DNA of 64,000 nt, taken from Takakia lepidozioides (taxonomy: Eukaryota; Plantae; Bryophyta). Positions 33,501 to 45,999 of this stretch are shown piece by piece. Position 1 is the stretch's first letter; the number at the start of each line of letters is the position of its first letter. A program made the position numbers and the translations under genes. Below the pieces are notes generated by a model. It ran no database searches and was not told the DNA's origin. It worked only from the letters and a program-made list of their open reading frames with translations. The stretch covers positions 95,604,001 to 95,668,000 of the forward strand of contig CM060731.1 of NCBI GenBank assembly GCA_030704615.1, written 5' to 3'.

Positions 33501-35828
33501 CCACTCACAGATGCTGGCACCCTTGCTGGTGCTGGTCCTTGAGGACCTGTTGTAGTTGTGGTGGATCTTCCACCCAGTGGTGGTCCCTGAGCACTCCCTG
33601 CTACTGGCCCCACGATATTCACAGTATTCCCAGCTCGAGTTGCACTACTTCCCACACTCCCTGTCCCCCCAGAGCCAGATCCAGGCAGCCCGCCTGATCC
33701 CCCTGAGCCGACACCTTCGTTGGCCTGTGATCCAAGTGCTCCAATTGATCCAGGTCCAACGGGTTGGGATGTCCTGGTTGTAGTATCAACCTCAGCTGTT
33801 GGGTCTACTTCTTCATACTCTTCCTCTTCCAATTTCTTCTCTCTGTTTTCATCCTCCAAGTTCTGCCCTTGGGTTTCTTCTTCACTCATGTAACTCAACT
33901 GCAATGGTGTTGGAGAGTCTGAACTCTCCGTTGGTTCTGCCACATCCTCTCCTCCTTCTTCATCTTCCGTTTCAGAAATTGGAGTTCCTGCTTTTGGTGT
34001 TCAATGCCAACTCTAATCAAAGATTTCTGTCAAATCTTTTATCCAGGGATGTACCTCGGATCTTTCACCTCGTGGTTGATCTTCTTCCTGTACCAATTCC
34101 CTTATTCTTTCTTGCAAAGAAAAATGAAGGAGTGGCATCCAACTCTAGTTCTTCTGGTATGGGTGATGTACTCCCTGATCTTAATGGTGTGAGAGGTCCA
34201 GATGATTCCCCTATGTCTATTCCTCTCTCCCAAAGATATAGATAATTAGCTTTCAGATAACTTTCTCTTTTTGCTGAATATCTCTGGAGTCTAGCTTCTC
34301 TTTCATCACTCATGTTCCATGTCTTTCATTTCATTAATGTGGCAATAACCAAAACTCTCTTCTGTAGTATCTCTCATATATGCCTGGGTTTCTTTCAAGC
34401 TTCAATGCACCCTTGGCTATACTAGAAGTCTCCGTTACCATATAACCATATGGCAAACAAGTCTGGAAAGCTGTTCTTGGTGTGAGTTTGATCCACAAAA
34501 TATCCTTTGGAATCCAATTCTTTACCAATACAAGCTCTTCATGCATATGAGTATAAACATTCACCTTCCTTTCCTCCCAGCCTTCAAACTCTACTCGCTT
34601 AATGGATAGCAATGCTATCACATAAACCAGTGTTGGTAACTAACGTGCTCTTCCTCTACAGGCCACCTGATAAATCTTTATCACTCATTTCTCCAGACCC
34701 CACTCAGGGTCAGCATCATGCACTCTTTTAAGAATGTTTTCTTTACAACCGTCTGGCAATTCCAAGAACCTCTAAAAGAATCGTTTGGACAATCTTTCCT
34801 TCTCAGTTTCACAGGGAATTTGATTCACATCAAATTCTTTAATTCTCCAACCACCATGATCCCACCAGATGCCTGTCACATCTGGTTGTTCAAGACTTAG
34901 TTCCCCAGTATGGTCGCCAAATGTCGAGCCGCTTTTACTCACCCATCTCTTTGCTATCCGAGGTGGAAACTCCAAGATAGAAGAGTTGGATATTTCTAAG
35001 CACTCAGCCCGCTCAGTACAATCAGTCATGACCTACAGCTAGTGAGTCATGGTTGTGCTTCCCAATTGTATTCCTTCTTGCTTTCATGTTATCAATTCAC
35101 CTTATCTGATACTGAAGCATCAGATTGCTTCAGTATCTACTTAATTCCAATTAATCATGCATTCATTTCACAGCTTCACTCATGTCTATCTACACAGTGT
35201 GATTGTATCGAATAAGTATCAGATTACGATTTATCAGGTATCAAGCCAATGTCAAGGTGACTCTAATCCGCCCTACAGTATCACTACAGCTCTATATGAA
35301 ACAAATATCTACTGTCCATCTCTCCTCTTTCTCCGTGCTTTCGTTCTTGCTCTCCGCCTGATCTCCTCTCCTCCATTACCAAGAAGTGCTCCCCGTGAAG
35401 TGTGTCCCTTCTTTCCGTTGCCGCTCCCCTTATCTGCCCGCAAGCTGTTCTAACCACCTAACTAATTAACCGTTATCCCCGAAGTATCACGTTCCTTCTG
35501 CAGATGTCGTTCACTCACAGTCGTTCCCTGCCATTGATAACTGTTCCCCATGTACTGTGACAGGCTGTGTGAAGCTGTGCCGAGCTGTGACTGGCTGTGT
35601 CGGCTGTGTTGGCTGTGACTGGCTGTGACGGGCTGTGGCGGCCGTGCGAAGCTGTGTCAGGCTGTGTTGGCTGTGATGGACTGTGTCGGGCTGTGTCGGG
35701 CTGTGTAACCCCCCCCTAAAGCCCGCTGCTGGCACCCCTAAGGCTCCTGTTGGTCTCAGTCTGTGCAAAAATTTAGGGTACCCCACAGAACCCGTAAAAG
35801 CGTCTAAGTCCCAAGCAGCCCTCTAACA
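30509..35828 (-). mobile_element. 5' half of Ty3/Gypsy family B, copy B1 (LTR, extra ORF, gag, protease, start of RT)
   Basis: RT WLSPIVIVPKKNGKLRVC..DGFSGYNQ..MPFGLCNAPATFQ; protease VLIDGGSGVN; knuckles CAKCQNEGHTTTEC, CYYCNQARHRKAAC; LTR start TGTTAGAGGG on minus strand at 35828. Confidence 0.9.
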
Positions 35829-38219
35829 ACCCTGCCCTCTGGGAGGTGCTGGTCCTCTTGTTGGTGCTGGTCCTTGAGGACCTGTTGTTGTAGTGGTGGA
35901 ACTCCCACCAGGTGCTGGCCCCTGAGCACTCCCTACTACTGGCCCCTCTATACTCACAGTATTCCCAGCCCCAGTTGCACTACTTCCCACACTCCCTGTC
36001 CCCCCAGAGCCAGATCCAAGCTTCCCGTCTGATCCCTCTGAGCCGACACCTTCGTTGGCCTGTGATCCAAGTGCTCCACTTGATCTAGGTCCAACGGGTT
36101 GGGATGTCCTGGTTGTAGTCTCAACCTCAACTGTTGGGTCTACTTCTTCATACTCCTCATCTTCCAAATTCTTCTCTCTGTTTTCATCTTCCAAGTTCTT
36201 CTCTTGGATTTCCTCTTCTTCACTCATGTAACTCAATTGCAATGGTGTTGGAGAGTCTGAACTCTCCGTTGGCTCTGCCACATCCCCTTCCCCTTCTTTA
36301 TTTTGTGCTTCAGAAACTGGAGTTTCTGCCTTTGGTGTCCCATGCCAACTCTTATCAAAGATTTCTGTTAAATCCTTTATCCAGGGATGTACCTCAGATC
36401 TCTCTCCTCGTGGTTGATCTTCTTCCTGTACCAAATCCCTTAATCTTTCTTGTAAAAAATAAGAAGGAGTGGCATCCAACTCTGGTTCCGCCGGTATGGG
36501 TGATGTACTCTTCGATCTTAATGGTGTGAGAGGTCCAGATGATTCTCCTATGTCTATTCCTCTCTCCCAAAGATATGGATAATTAGCTTTCAAATAACTT
36601 TCTCTTTTTGCTGAATATCTGTGAAGTCTAGCTTCTCTTTCATCACTCATGTCCCATGTCTTTCATATCTTCAATGAGGCAATAACAAAAACTCTCTTCT
36701 GTAGTATCTCTCATATATGCCTGGGTTTCTTTCAAGCTTCAATGCACCCTTGGCTATACTAGAAGTCTCTGTTACCATATAACCATATGGCAAGCACGTC
36801 TGAAAAGCTGTTCTTGGTGTCAGTTTGATCCACAAGATATCCTTAGGAATCCAATTCTTTACCAGTACCAACTCTTCATGCATATGAGTGTAAATATTCA
36901 CTTTCCGTTCCTCCCAGCCTTCAAACTCCACTCGTTTTATGGATAGCAACGCTATCATATAAACCAGCGTTGGTAACCAACTTGCTCTCCCTCTACAGGC
37001 CACTTGATAAATCTTTATCACTCCTTTCTCCAGACCCCACTCAGGATCTGCATCATGCACTCTCTTAAGAATTTTTTCTTTGCAACCGTCTGGCAATTCC
37101 AAGAATCTCTGAAAGAATTGCTTGGACAACCTTTCTTTCTCAGTTCCACAGGGTATTTGATTCACATCAAATTCTTTAATTCTCCAACCACCATGATCCC
37201 ACCAGATGCCTGTCATCTGGTTGTTCTTGACCCAGCTCCCCAGTATGGTCGCCAAATGTCGAGTGGTTTTTACTCACCCATCCCTTCGCTATCCGAGGTC
37301 GAAACTCCAAGATAGAAGAGTTGGATATCGCTAAGCACTCAGCCCGCTCGGAACAATCAGTCATGACCTACAGTTAGTGAATCACGGTTGTGCTTCATGT
37401 TTGTATTTCTTATTGTCTTCATGTTAGCAAATTACCTTACTGTGTATACCGAAGCATCAGATTGCTTCAGTATCTATCAGGTTCCATTCACTCATCCATT
37501 CATTCCACAGCTTCACTCAAGTCTCTCTACACAGTGTGATTGTATCGAATAAGTATCAGATTAAGATTTATCAGGTATGAGGCCGAAGCCATGGTGTCTC
37601 TAATCTGTTCTACAGTATCACTACAGCTTTGCTTGTAACGAGCATCTACTGATCATCTCTCCTCCTTCACCGTGCTCTCCATCCTTGCTCCTGTTCTTGC
37701 TCTCCGCCTGATCTCCTCTCATGCATTACCAAGAAGTGCCCCCCCGTGAAGTGTCCTCCTCCCTGTTGCTGCTCTCCTTAATCTACCTGCAAGCTGTTCT
37801 AACTGCCTAACTAACTAACTGTCACCTAAGAAGTAAACACGTTCCCTCTGCAGATGTCGTTCCCACACAGTCATTCCATGCCAATGATAACCGTTTCCTC
37901 TGTACGTTGTGACGGGCTGCGCCAAACTGTGTCGGGCTGTGACTGTGCCGAGCTGTGACTGGCTGTGTGAAACTGTGCGAAGCTGTATCGAGCTGTGATA
38001 GACTGTGACTAACTGTGATAGGCTGTGATTGACTGTGTATGGCTGTGATAGACTATGATAGGCTGTGTACGACCGTGTAAGCCTGTGACTGAGTGTGTAA
38101 GCCTGTCTACCACCCCTAAAGCCTGTGCCTGTCACTCCTAAGGCCTCTGTTGGTCCAAGTCTACCATCCGTAAATTTGCGCAAAAATTAAGTGTCCAAGT
38201 CCCGGACAGCCCTCTAACA
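35829..38219 (-). mobile_element. 5' end of family B, copy B2 (LTR, extra ORF, gag N-terminus), interrupted by B1
   Basis: Colinear with 33500-35828; same TGTTAGAGGG start at 38219. Confidence 0.9.
36671..37364 (-). CDS. Extra ORF upstream of gag in family B (about 230 aa, one frameshift); disrupted homolog at 34334-35029
   Basis: MTDCSERAECL...GIWWDHGGWRIKEF...ERNPGIYERYYRREF nearly identical in both copies. Confidence 0.55.
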
Positions 38220-40735
38220 CCCCTTCATACCATATCTGCTCATCCTCATCACTTGATTCCCAGGTGTGGTCTTCATCATTCAAGAAGTTCTCTTTCCTCT
38301 CCCATTGATCCACCTTTTCTTGTTGTGCTTGACGTTCCATTGGCTTTAAACACCTTTGACTCCCCCTTTTTCTGCTCTTCCCTCCAGTTCTCAATTGCAC
38401 CATGCCTGCGAACGTGGGGTCATCTGGTTCATTGAATCTCCTGATCTGATCTGCTGCTATGGTCTGAGACGTGCTCCATGCCTTCGCCACTGCCTTTCTC
38501 CTCAATTTGCTGCCTTGCCTTCCCCTCTTGCCTGCAGTTCTCTTGTCATCAGATCTGCCCTTCTGAGTTGCAGTCCTCCACAGGTACATGCAGCATATGA
38601 CCACCACTTGCATTGTCCATGCCATCCAGGTTATCACCCTCTCCCTCCATCCACGTCGTTGTTGCCTCTTCTCATTGACAAGTGTACGTTGTGTTTTATG
38701 ATCATCCTCATCAGAGTTTGTTCGGCTGTCCTCTCTGTCACTTTTCTTTCCTCTCAGTTGATGTTTCTCTAATTTGTGCTCTCCCTTACTGTCTCTCGCA
38801 GTTGTAGACCTGAGACTCGACATTCGCTGGTCCAAGCAAACGCTTGTAGCTACAGCTGGCTCACGGGGACACCTCCCTCTCTCATGACAAAGACCACATG
38901 GTGCTCTCAGACCTCGCTCCTTCCTTGCAGTAATCAGTCCAGCCGCCTTTCTCTCTTTGCTGTGCCTGAAATCTTTCTCACCGTCAGCCTCTCTCACAAT
39001 TAAGTGACCCTGCAGTTCTGCCCTAATTTTTTTTTTATCTCGCTCTTGCATTACGCTGTCCTTCCCCTCACTCTCACACGGTGATTTGTTCTTTCCTGCA
39101 GATTGTACACTCCCCTTGGCTACCACTACATCTTGCATGTGATCATCCTCATCAGGTTGCCCCTCACTTTTCACGTCACTCCATTTCCCACGCACAAGCT
39201 TGCCCTTTCTCTTACATTCCAAATTCAGCAGGTCTGTGTTCTTACTCTCTCCATCCTTGCTTGCACAACCCATCGCGTCATAGGTTAGTTTTTGCTTCCC
39301 CCTTTTGCCCTGGTCTTCAGTCTGAATCTGTTCAATTGGCTGACCCTTGTGATGTTTGTGTGGCATACTCTTACAGAATGCACAAAGGCCTTCATTTCTT
39401 CCTTCTGTATGTTGAAGAGGTATCTTGGTGGTCACGGGCTGCTTTTGGCAGGTCAGTCCTCCCTCTTCATTCAACTTACTGTAGAAACTGTCATCCTTCA
39501 AATTTGCCCCACATTCTCCCGTTTCTTCCCTGTCACTCTCAATCCTTTCTGCTGGCAAATCTCTCTTTTTCAGTTGTCACCACTAATATGTTCTGATCCT
39601 CTTGATAGTCACTGCTGCTTACCCTTTGACCATTCATGCCAGTCAAACTCTCCAATTTGCAACCATCCACTCTGTCATTCTCACATAACAATCCATCCTT
39701 CCTTTCAGACTGTCCACATCCCTGGTTTGCAAGCTGAGATCCAACATTGCAGGTCAGTTTATGCTTCCTCTTTTCGCCTTGGTCTCCAGTTCGCCTTGCT
39801 GGTTATTGTGATGCTCGTGTGGCATATTCCTGCAGAATCCACACATGTGCTTCTTCCTTGCTTCCATATGTTCAAGCATTACCTTGTTGGCTGCGGGTTG
39901 GTCTTGGCAGGTGAGCCGTCTCTCTCCACCCCACTGAGTGATGGAATTGGCACTCTTCAGGTCATTCTCCCTCACCTTTATCTCACTGACATTCTCTCTG
40001 ACAGGTGTGTCACTCAAACCTTCACTCACTGTGTCGGCCTTTCTCTTGCTGTCTCTATCTTCGCAGTAAAGGGTATCACACAGTGTTGTATTCTCACTTA
40101 TCCTCCCTTGGTTTGCAACACCCTCACCATCTAAAGTTAGCTTCTGTTTTCCTGTCAAGCCTTGATGTTCAGTAAGTTCAAGCTGTACCTCATCTCCGGG
40201 ATCATGTGGCTCTGCTGCTACAGGTCTGTGGGTGTTGCCTCTTTCCCTTGTCCCAATCTCCGTGCTGGTTATAGCGCTCGTCAGTTGGTTTCTGCACGGA
40301 TGCAGCTCCTCGCTATCCTCATCATTGATGCCCTTTATACCTTCCAGGTGTGTCATCACCACTCCATCCACCACACTGCTTCTCTCCTCCTTTTCATTGC
40401 ATCTGCCCTCTCCCTTCGTTGCTGTCCACACCATGCCCTTACCCTCTTGTTGGAATGTGCTGCCCTCTCTTTCTTCAGTCATTCCAGAGCAGATCATCGT
40501 CTCACAGCTGTCCCTTTTGTCAAAGTGAGAGCTGCAAGATGCTTTACTTAGTAGATCTCCCACTGTATTGACGCCAGGGTATAGCTCAAATCTCACTCTT
40601 CGCTCCTTTGACATCCCTTTTGCAGGCTGTGGGATGCTCATATCTGTCAAGCCTGAAAAAGGTACTTCCATCTCTCCTTCCATTGTCTCATTAACACACA
40701 CATTCTCGCTGTTTATCAGTTGGCCCAACTCGAAA

Positions 40736-42433
40736 CTAAAATCTTGAGTTATGTCTGTCCCCTTGACTTGTCCCAACCTTGCCCACTCTAGAGGTTGTAG
40801 TATCAATGAAGAAGTGTACGCTAATCAACTCCCTCCTGAACTGCCATAGAGCCCATACAAGAAGATAATAGTGCAACTCAACCTCACTTCTCTCGTTGTA
40901 TCTAACAACTGCCCTGTTTTTCTTTGCTGCAAGGACATATCTGCCTTCCTGACGTATAAACAGTGCAGCAACAAACAAGTCTCCTTCCCAATACAGCTTC
41001 AACACAGTTTCAGGTATTTCCTTTTCCACTTGTGTCATATTGATTTCCATCTCCTCTGTCTCTTCAGCCTTGCCCACAGGAAACCTACTAAGGGCGTCCA
41101 CGTTGGCATGTTTGCTGCCAGGTCTGTGGATGATGCGGAATTCAAAATCTTGCAGCATCATAATCCATCTACCTTGCCTCCCATAAGCATCACTAACTGT
41201 AGCTAACCACTCTAGGGGTTTATGGTCAGTCCGAACCAGAAACGGTGTGCCATATAGATATTTGCGGAAATGAAGAACTCCCCACACTAGTGCATAGCAC
41301 TCTCCCTCCATAGGATGGTACTTCTTTTGCGCATCCGATAGTGCTTTACTGGCGTATGCGATGACCTGTTCTTTTCTTCCCTCCTTCTGCGATAGTATGG
41401 CACCCACTCCCTTAGCTGACCAGTCCACGTCCAAAAGGAAAGGCTTCGTGAAGTCTGGCCTTACCAAGATTGGTGCTTCGATGAGTTTTAGTTTCAGCCC
41501 CTCGAAGGCATTGTGGGCTTGGGCACCCCATTTGTACTCAGTATCCTTCTTTGTCAGCTCAAACAAAGGTCCAGCAATGTGCGCATATCTCTGCACATGT
41601 TCACGGTAGTACCCCGTCATCCCCAGGTATATTTTTACTCCCGTGCCATTCTTAGATATTGGGAATCGCTCGATGGCTATAACTTTGTTGGGGTCTGGCC
41701 TGACTGCCTCCTTTGACACACTGTGTCCTAGGAATGCGAGCTCTTGCCTCCCAAATTCGCACTTGTCAGGGTTAAGTTTTAGATCATGCGCATTCAGCCT
41801 CTGTAGAATTCCCTCCACATGCTGTAGATGACTCTCCCAATCTGCACTGTGGACATTAATATCATCCACAAACACCTTTGCACATAGCTTTATCTCCTCT
41901 GCCAGTATGTTGTTCATTGCCCTTTGGAACGTGGCGGTGGCGTTCTTCAGCCCAAAGGGCATCACAAGCCATTCGTACAGCCCTGTCTTGGTGATTACAG
42001 CAGTTTTTTTTATGTCTTCTTCATTCATCCTTATCTGCCAAAAACCACTCTGCAGGTCTAGAGCAGTAAACCAACTTGCCTTTCCTAGCTGTTGCAACAC
42101 ATCACGTATAATTGGCATTGGGTAGGCATCCCTCCTTGTTTGTTGGTTCAACAGTTGATAATCCCCGCAGAACCTTTTGCTCCCATCCTTCTTTGGTGGG
42201 AGTGTTACAGGGCAGCTGTATTCTGAGGCACTAGGCCTCATCTTTCCTTGTTTTATCAGTGCTTCAATCTGAGAGTGAACCTCCCTTTCCTCCCAGTCAG
42301 ACAGCCTGGTAGCCCTGCTCTTACACGGTGGAAATCCCTGTGTATCAATGCAGTGCTCCACATCCTTGCAGAATCCAAGATCAGCCTTACTTAGTGCAAA
42401 CACTCCTTGGTTTCTCTCCAACATCTCCAGCAA
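40736..42433 (-). CDS. pol: RT-RNase H of family C
   Basis: Complete RT and RH motif sets in one 565-aa ORF. Confidence 0.92.
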   Translation of the reverse strand: MLEMLERNQGVFALSKADLGFCKDVEHCIDTQGFPPCKSRATRLSDWEEREVHSQIEALIKQGKMRPSASEYSCPVTLPPKKDGSKRFCGDYQLLNQQTRRDAYPMPIIRDVLQQLGKASWFTALDLQSGFWQIRMNEEDIKKTAVITKTGLYEWLVMPFGLKNATATFQRAMNNILAEEIKLCAKVFVDDINVHSADWESHLQHVEGILQRLNAHDLKLNPDKCEFGRQELAFLGHSVSKEAVRPDPNKVIAIERFPISKNGTGVKIYLGMTGYYREHVQRYAHIAGPLFELTKKDTEYKWGAQAHNAFEGLKLKLIEAPILVRPDFTKPFLLDVDWSAKGVGAILSQKEGRKEQVIAYASKALSDAQKKYHPMEGECYALVWGVLHFRKYLYGTPFLVRTDHKPLEWLATVSDAYGRQGRWIMMLQDFEFRIIHRPGSKHANVDALSRFPVGKAEETEEMEINMTQVEKEIPETVLKLYWEGDLFVAALFIRQEGRYVLAAKKNRAVVRYNERSEVELHYYLLVWALWQFRRELISVHFFIDTTTSRVGKVGTSQGDRHNSRF

Positions 42434-42442
42434 TTGTTTCCT

Positions 42443-44686
42443 TTACTGTTCAGTCAACATTGGGTTCAGCTTCAGCCTTGCTTGGACTCTTTCCCAACGG
42501 CTGGCTACTTCCTGTTCAACTCCATGCACTGAGTTGATGATTCCAGGGATAGACGCATTAGCTCGCTGGTACCTCTCCCTCTCTTCAAAGCTAACTACCT
42601 GCAGCCAGTCCTGATAGTCATCGTCTTCATCTTCTTCTCGTAATTCATTTTCCCAAGCCTTGCTGTATGCATCCCTCAAGCACATGCTAGCCATTCCTTG
42701 TTGTGCTGCTTGGTCAATCAGTTCTGTCAACCCTTGATCTTCCAGCTCATCGTCCTCCATTTCAGCAAGCCATATGAGCTCATCATGGTTGTTGTGCCAA
42801 TGACTCCCTTCCTCATCCTCCTCCGACTCATCCTCCGAGCCTGAATGCCATGGTTCCTCTTCCTCCTCCAACTCGGATTGTGTGGGAATTTGGATGATAC
42901 CATTTCTGGTTCCCTCATCATACGACACAGCATACATCGAGTATTCTTGTGTCCACGTGTCTTCTTCAGGCTCCACCAAAATATTCTCACAGAACTCATG
43001 GAATCCCTGCTCCTGCTGATCGGCAAGTGCCACGGTGTGCAATGGGAAATAGGCAACATCCGTCCCTGGTCCGTATCTGATCCGTAGAGTTTCAGCCTCA
43101 GTATCAATAGCAGCACCAAACTTTTTGAGGAAGTCTAGTCCTAAAAGCATGTTGTACGAGTCTGTATCTACCACCATGAAGGAGATTTGATTGGTCAACT
43201 TTCCAACAGTGACTCGTAGGTCATCCAATCTGCCCATGGCCGTTTCTACAGCTCCCAAAGCCACTCTATAGGCCATCTCCTTATCGTTGAGCACCTCCTT
43301 CATCAGCCCCAAGTCTCTTATAGTGCTGGCAGCCATGACTGATATCATGGCTCCAGTATCAATCTGGCCAAGAATTTGGGAGTCTCCAATAGTGACCATT
43401 GCATGTAAAGCCTTTACCCTCCCATTGTAAGCATATGCAACGTCTTCTTGCCTTCCCAATGGCTGTTTTCCTGCATCTTTGATCTTGGCTGTCCAATTCG
43501 TGTGCCCCTTGTTCTCCTTTGCCCTTTCTACCACTCTGACCAGTCCCTTGAGTTTTTCAAACTCCTCAGGGATATTCATTATCACCTCCATAGGGGACAT
43601 CGAGATTCTTCCCTTATAGAAGTGAAACAAATTTTTTGATTTACCTGCTGGACTTTCTGACCACCTGTTTGATGTTCTACCTTGTGGAGCAATTCTTGTC
43701 ACACGTCCTTCCATCCCGCTAGAGGTTTCAGCAGAACTCTCCTTCTCTGGTTCTGGTGTAGGAGTGGGGGTAGGCATTGATATGGGAGTCCTTCGTTTGG
43801 GCATTCGAAGCTCATTGACGGTATGACTAGCCATGATCTCGTTCAACTCAGCTAGGACCACATCCTCATCATCACACATGAGCTCAAGTAGATTTGTCGA
43901 GTGCACCCCTGCTGATCCCATCTGAGTGGCCTTGGCCCTGCACTGGTCCTCTGTATGCCCCATCATCTTACAGAAGGTACACTGCTTTCCGCACTGATCA
44001 GTCTGATGCCCATTTTTGTGGCACTTCCCACACTTCAATGGGGTTCTTTCTGCTGGACAGTACGCAGCGATGTGTCCTGGCTGCTGACAATTGTTGCACA
44101 CTCGAGGCATCCCTCGTGGTGGCGTACGGCTCCCCGATGGTTCGGTAGTCTTCGGCACGTGCTCAAAGTACTTTCTCAGTGTAAGATTAAGATCGTCTAG
44201 CCTCTTGTCTGTACGAGACATTGGCCTTTCTTCAGCTTCTTCTTCACCCTCCAAAGGTTCCATTGGGGTCTCTCCGATCTCCCCCAACCCCTTTTCCACC
44301 CTTTTTGCTGTTGCTACTGCCTCATCTATGGTCTGAAAGGTTGCTCCCAACAACAATCTTCTTATCTCAGGGCGTAGTCCAGCGGTGAACCTCCTTCTTT
44401 GTTCAAGATCTGCAATTGCTCCCCTCTTGAACAAACGATCCAAGCGCTCGTAGTATACGGACACTCTCTGTCTGGACTCTTGCTTTACTGAATCCATCTT
44501 CATCTTCAACTCTATTGGATCTACTTCACCAAACTTCGCTGTAATGGCAGTCTTGAAGGCTGACCTCGTGGCTGGTTTGGGATTTTGTCTCCTATACCAG
44601 TCATCTGCCTTACCCACCAGGTTCAGCCTTGCTACCTTCACCATCTTATCGTCAGCGTACTCCTTAACATCCCCTGCCATCTGCAA
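42443..44686 (-). CDS. gag: gag-protease of family C
   Basis: KQESRQRVSVY motif, CNNCQQPGHIAAYC, CGKCHKNGHQTDQC, CTFCKMMGHTEDQC, IDTGA..LLGLDFL. Confidence 0.88.
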   Translation of the reverse strand: MQMAGDVKEYADDKMVKVARLNLVGKADDWYRRQNPKPATRSAFKTAITAKFGEVDPIELKMKMDSVKQESRQRVSVYYERLDRLFKRGAIADLEQRRRFTAGLRPEIRRLLLGATFQTIDEAVATAKRVEKGLGEIGETPMEPLEGEEEAEERPMSRTDKRLDDLNLTLRKYFEHVPKTTEPSGSRTPPRGMPRVCNNCQQPGHIAAYCPAERTPLKCGKCHKNGHQTDQCGKQCTFCKMMGHTEDQCRAKATQMGSAGVHSTNLLELMCDDEDVVLAELNEIMASHTVNELRMPKRRTPISMPTPTPTPEPEKESSAETSSGMEGRVTRIAPQGRTSNRWSESPAGKSKNLFHFYKGRISMSPMEVIMNIPEEFEKLKGLVRVVERAKENKGHTNWTAKIKDAGKQPLGRQEDVAYAYNGRVKALHAMVTIGDSQILGQIDTGAMISVMAASTIRDLGLMKEVLNDKEMAYRVALGAVETAMGRLDDLRVTVGKLTNQISFMVVDTDSYNMLLGLDFLKKFGAAIDTEAETLRIRYGPGTDVAYFPLHTVALADQQEQGFHEFCENILVEPEEDTWTQEYSMYAVSYDEGTRNGIIQIPTQSELEEEEEPWHSGSEDESEEDEEGSHWHNNHDELIWLAEMEDDELEDQGLTELIDQAAQQGMASMCLRDAYSKAWENELREEDEDDDYQDWLQVVSFEERERYQRANASIPGIINSVHGVEQEVASRWERVQARLKLNPMLTEQ

Positions 44687-45999
44687 TCTTTCCAGCTAGT
44701 CCTCCACGTCCTCGCTCTCCCTTCCATGAAAGAAAATGTCGATGCCTAAAGGGCTGGTCATGATTCTCAGCTCCTTCCATGTTTGCTTCTACTTGCTATG
44801 CTTCAACACTCTTGTTTCAAGGATACTACCTGGTCTGTCCTCTCCCTTGCTTCAAGCATCAATTCCCAGCCTAATGTTGGCCTCTGTACCATTCCCACCT
44901 GCCATTCCGTAGCATCTCTACTCTCCCTCCCCAAGTGACTTCCCTAGCCATGGTGTTTAGAAGTATCCATTCATTATTTTCTCTCCCCCACATGGCTATG
45001 GTGCTTTTGCCCCCTGCATGTATAACTCTTATGCATAAATCCCCATTGTAGAGTCTCCACGATGGGTTATAGAAATAGATTCTAGGCTCTCTAGAGTTGC
45101 CTGTACTTCGCTGGCTGAAACATATTAGGATGTCCCCTATACCAGGCTGCTCTGGAATGAGGGCCTGGTCTCTTCCTGACATCTCTAGGTTCTCATTGCT
45201 ATCTCAGACCTGCCATTCTAACCTTTATAAGCTTGTTTATCAGGAAAGAAAGCTCTGATATCAAAAGAAGGGCCTACCTAAAGGTTCACTCTACCTTGTC
45301 TTACCTTTTTTACACCCTTGGATAGAATGTTGCCGCAGCGGAAGAGAAGACAACATCCTTCTCCTTGGGATATCTCTATTCTAGCACTCCTATTTTTTGT
45401 GTACTATCCCACATAACTTAGTTTGGAAGAACTACTATCCACCCATAGGGGCAGTGGCACTACAACAATCTGATCCCTCACTATCTATATGGCTCAACTG
45501 ACTTACTCTAGTTTTATGTTATGCATTTGGATATTGCCTGGACTAACCTTCAGGCTGACTAAGTGCTCTCAAGATCTTGGTAGTCATTGCTATGTCTAAT
45601 TCTGGTTCTTCACTATACTATCATTCCAACCATCAAACAAGCAAGATTTCTATCTTTCATGCATCAATTGCTAAATTTTGATTCTATTCTATGGTTGAAC
45701 ACACTCATCATTCCACACTAGTTCCAAGTACCAACTGAGTCTGATCACAAATGTTCACTCCACTTTGCTTCATATCACGTTGCATCCATCTTTCCAAGAG
45801 ACCTCACGCTTCCCAAAAGTTGCAATGTCAAAAAGTCCCTATCTCTCTCACCATCCCAGCCTAAATCTTACCCAGCCACCTCCCCTCCTCCGGGAAGTCA
45901 GCTGGCAGCCCTTAATGCATTCCATGGTGCCATGTGATCCCTTACTAAAAACTGATTTGGCCAGCCTTCGGGTGTTATCCCCCTCTCATCTAGTCAACA

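Larger units (their letters stand above)
38220..45263 (-). mobile_element. Ty3/Gypsy family C: PBS, gag-protease, RT-RNase H, long unassigned extension; integrase not reached
   Basis: PBS-like TGATATCAGAGC at 45252-45263 (one mismatch to the tRNA-iMet PBS TGGTATCAGAGC); three CCHC knuckles; IDTGA protease; RT LDLQSGFWQ..FVDD; RH DVDWS..ECYALVW..TDHKPLEW. Confidence 0.9.

Noticed and set aside
33500-38219. Segmental tandem duplication or two LTRs of one element
   Set aside because: The repeat includes internal ORFs and ends precisely at the LTR start, consistent with nested insertion of one copy in another
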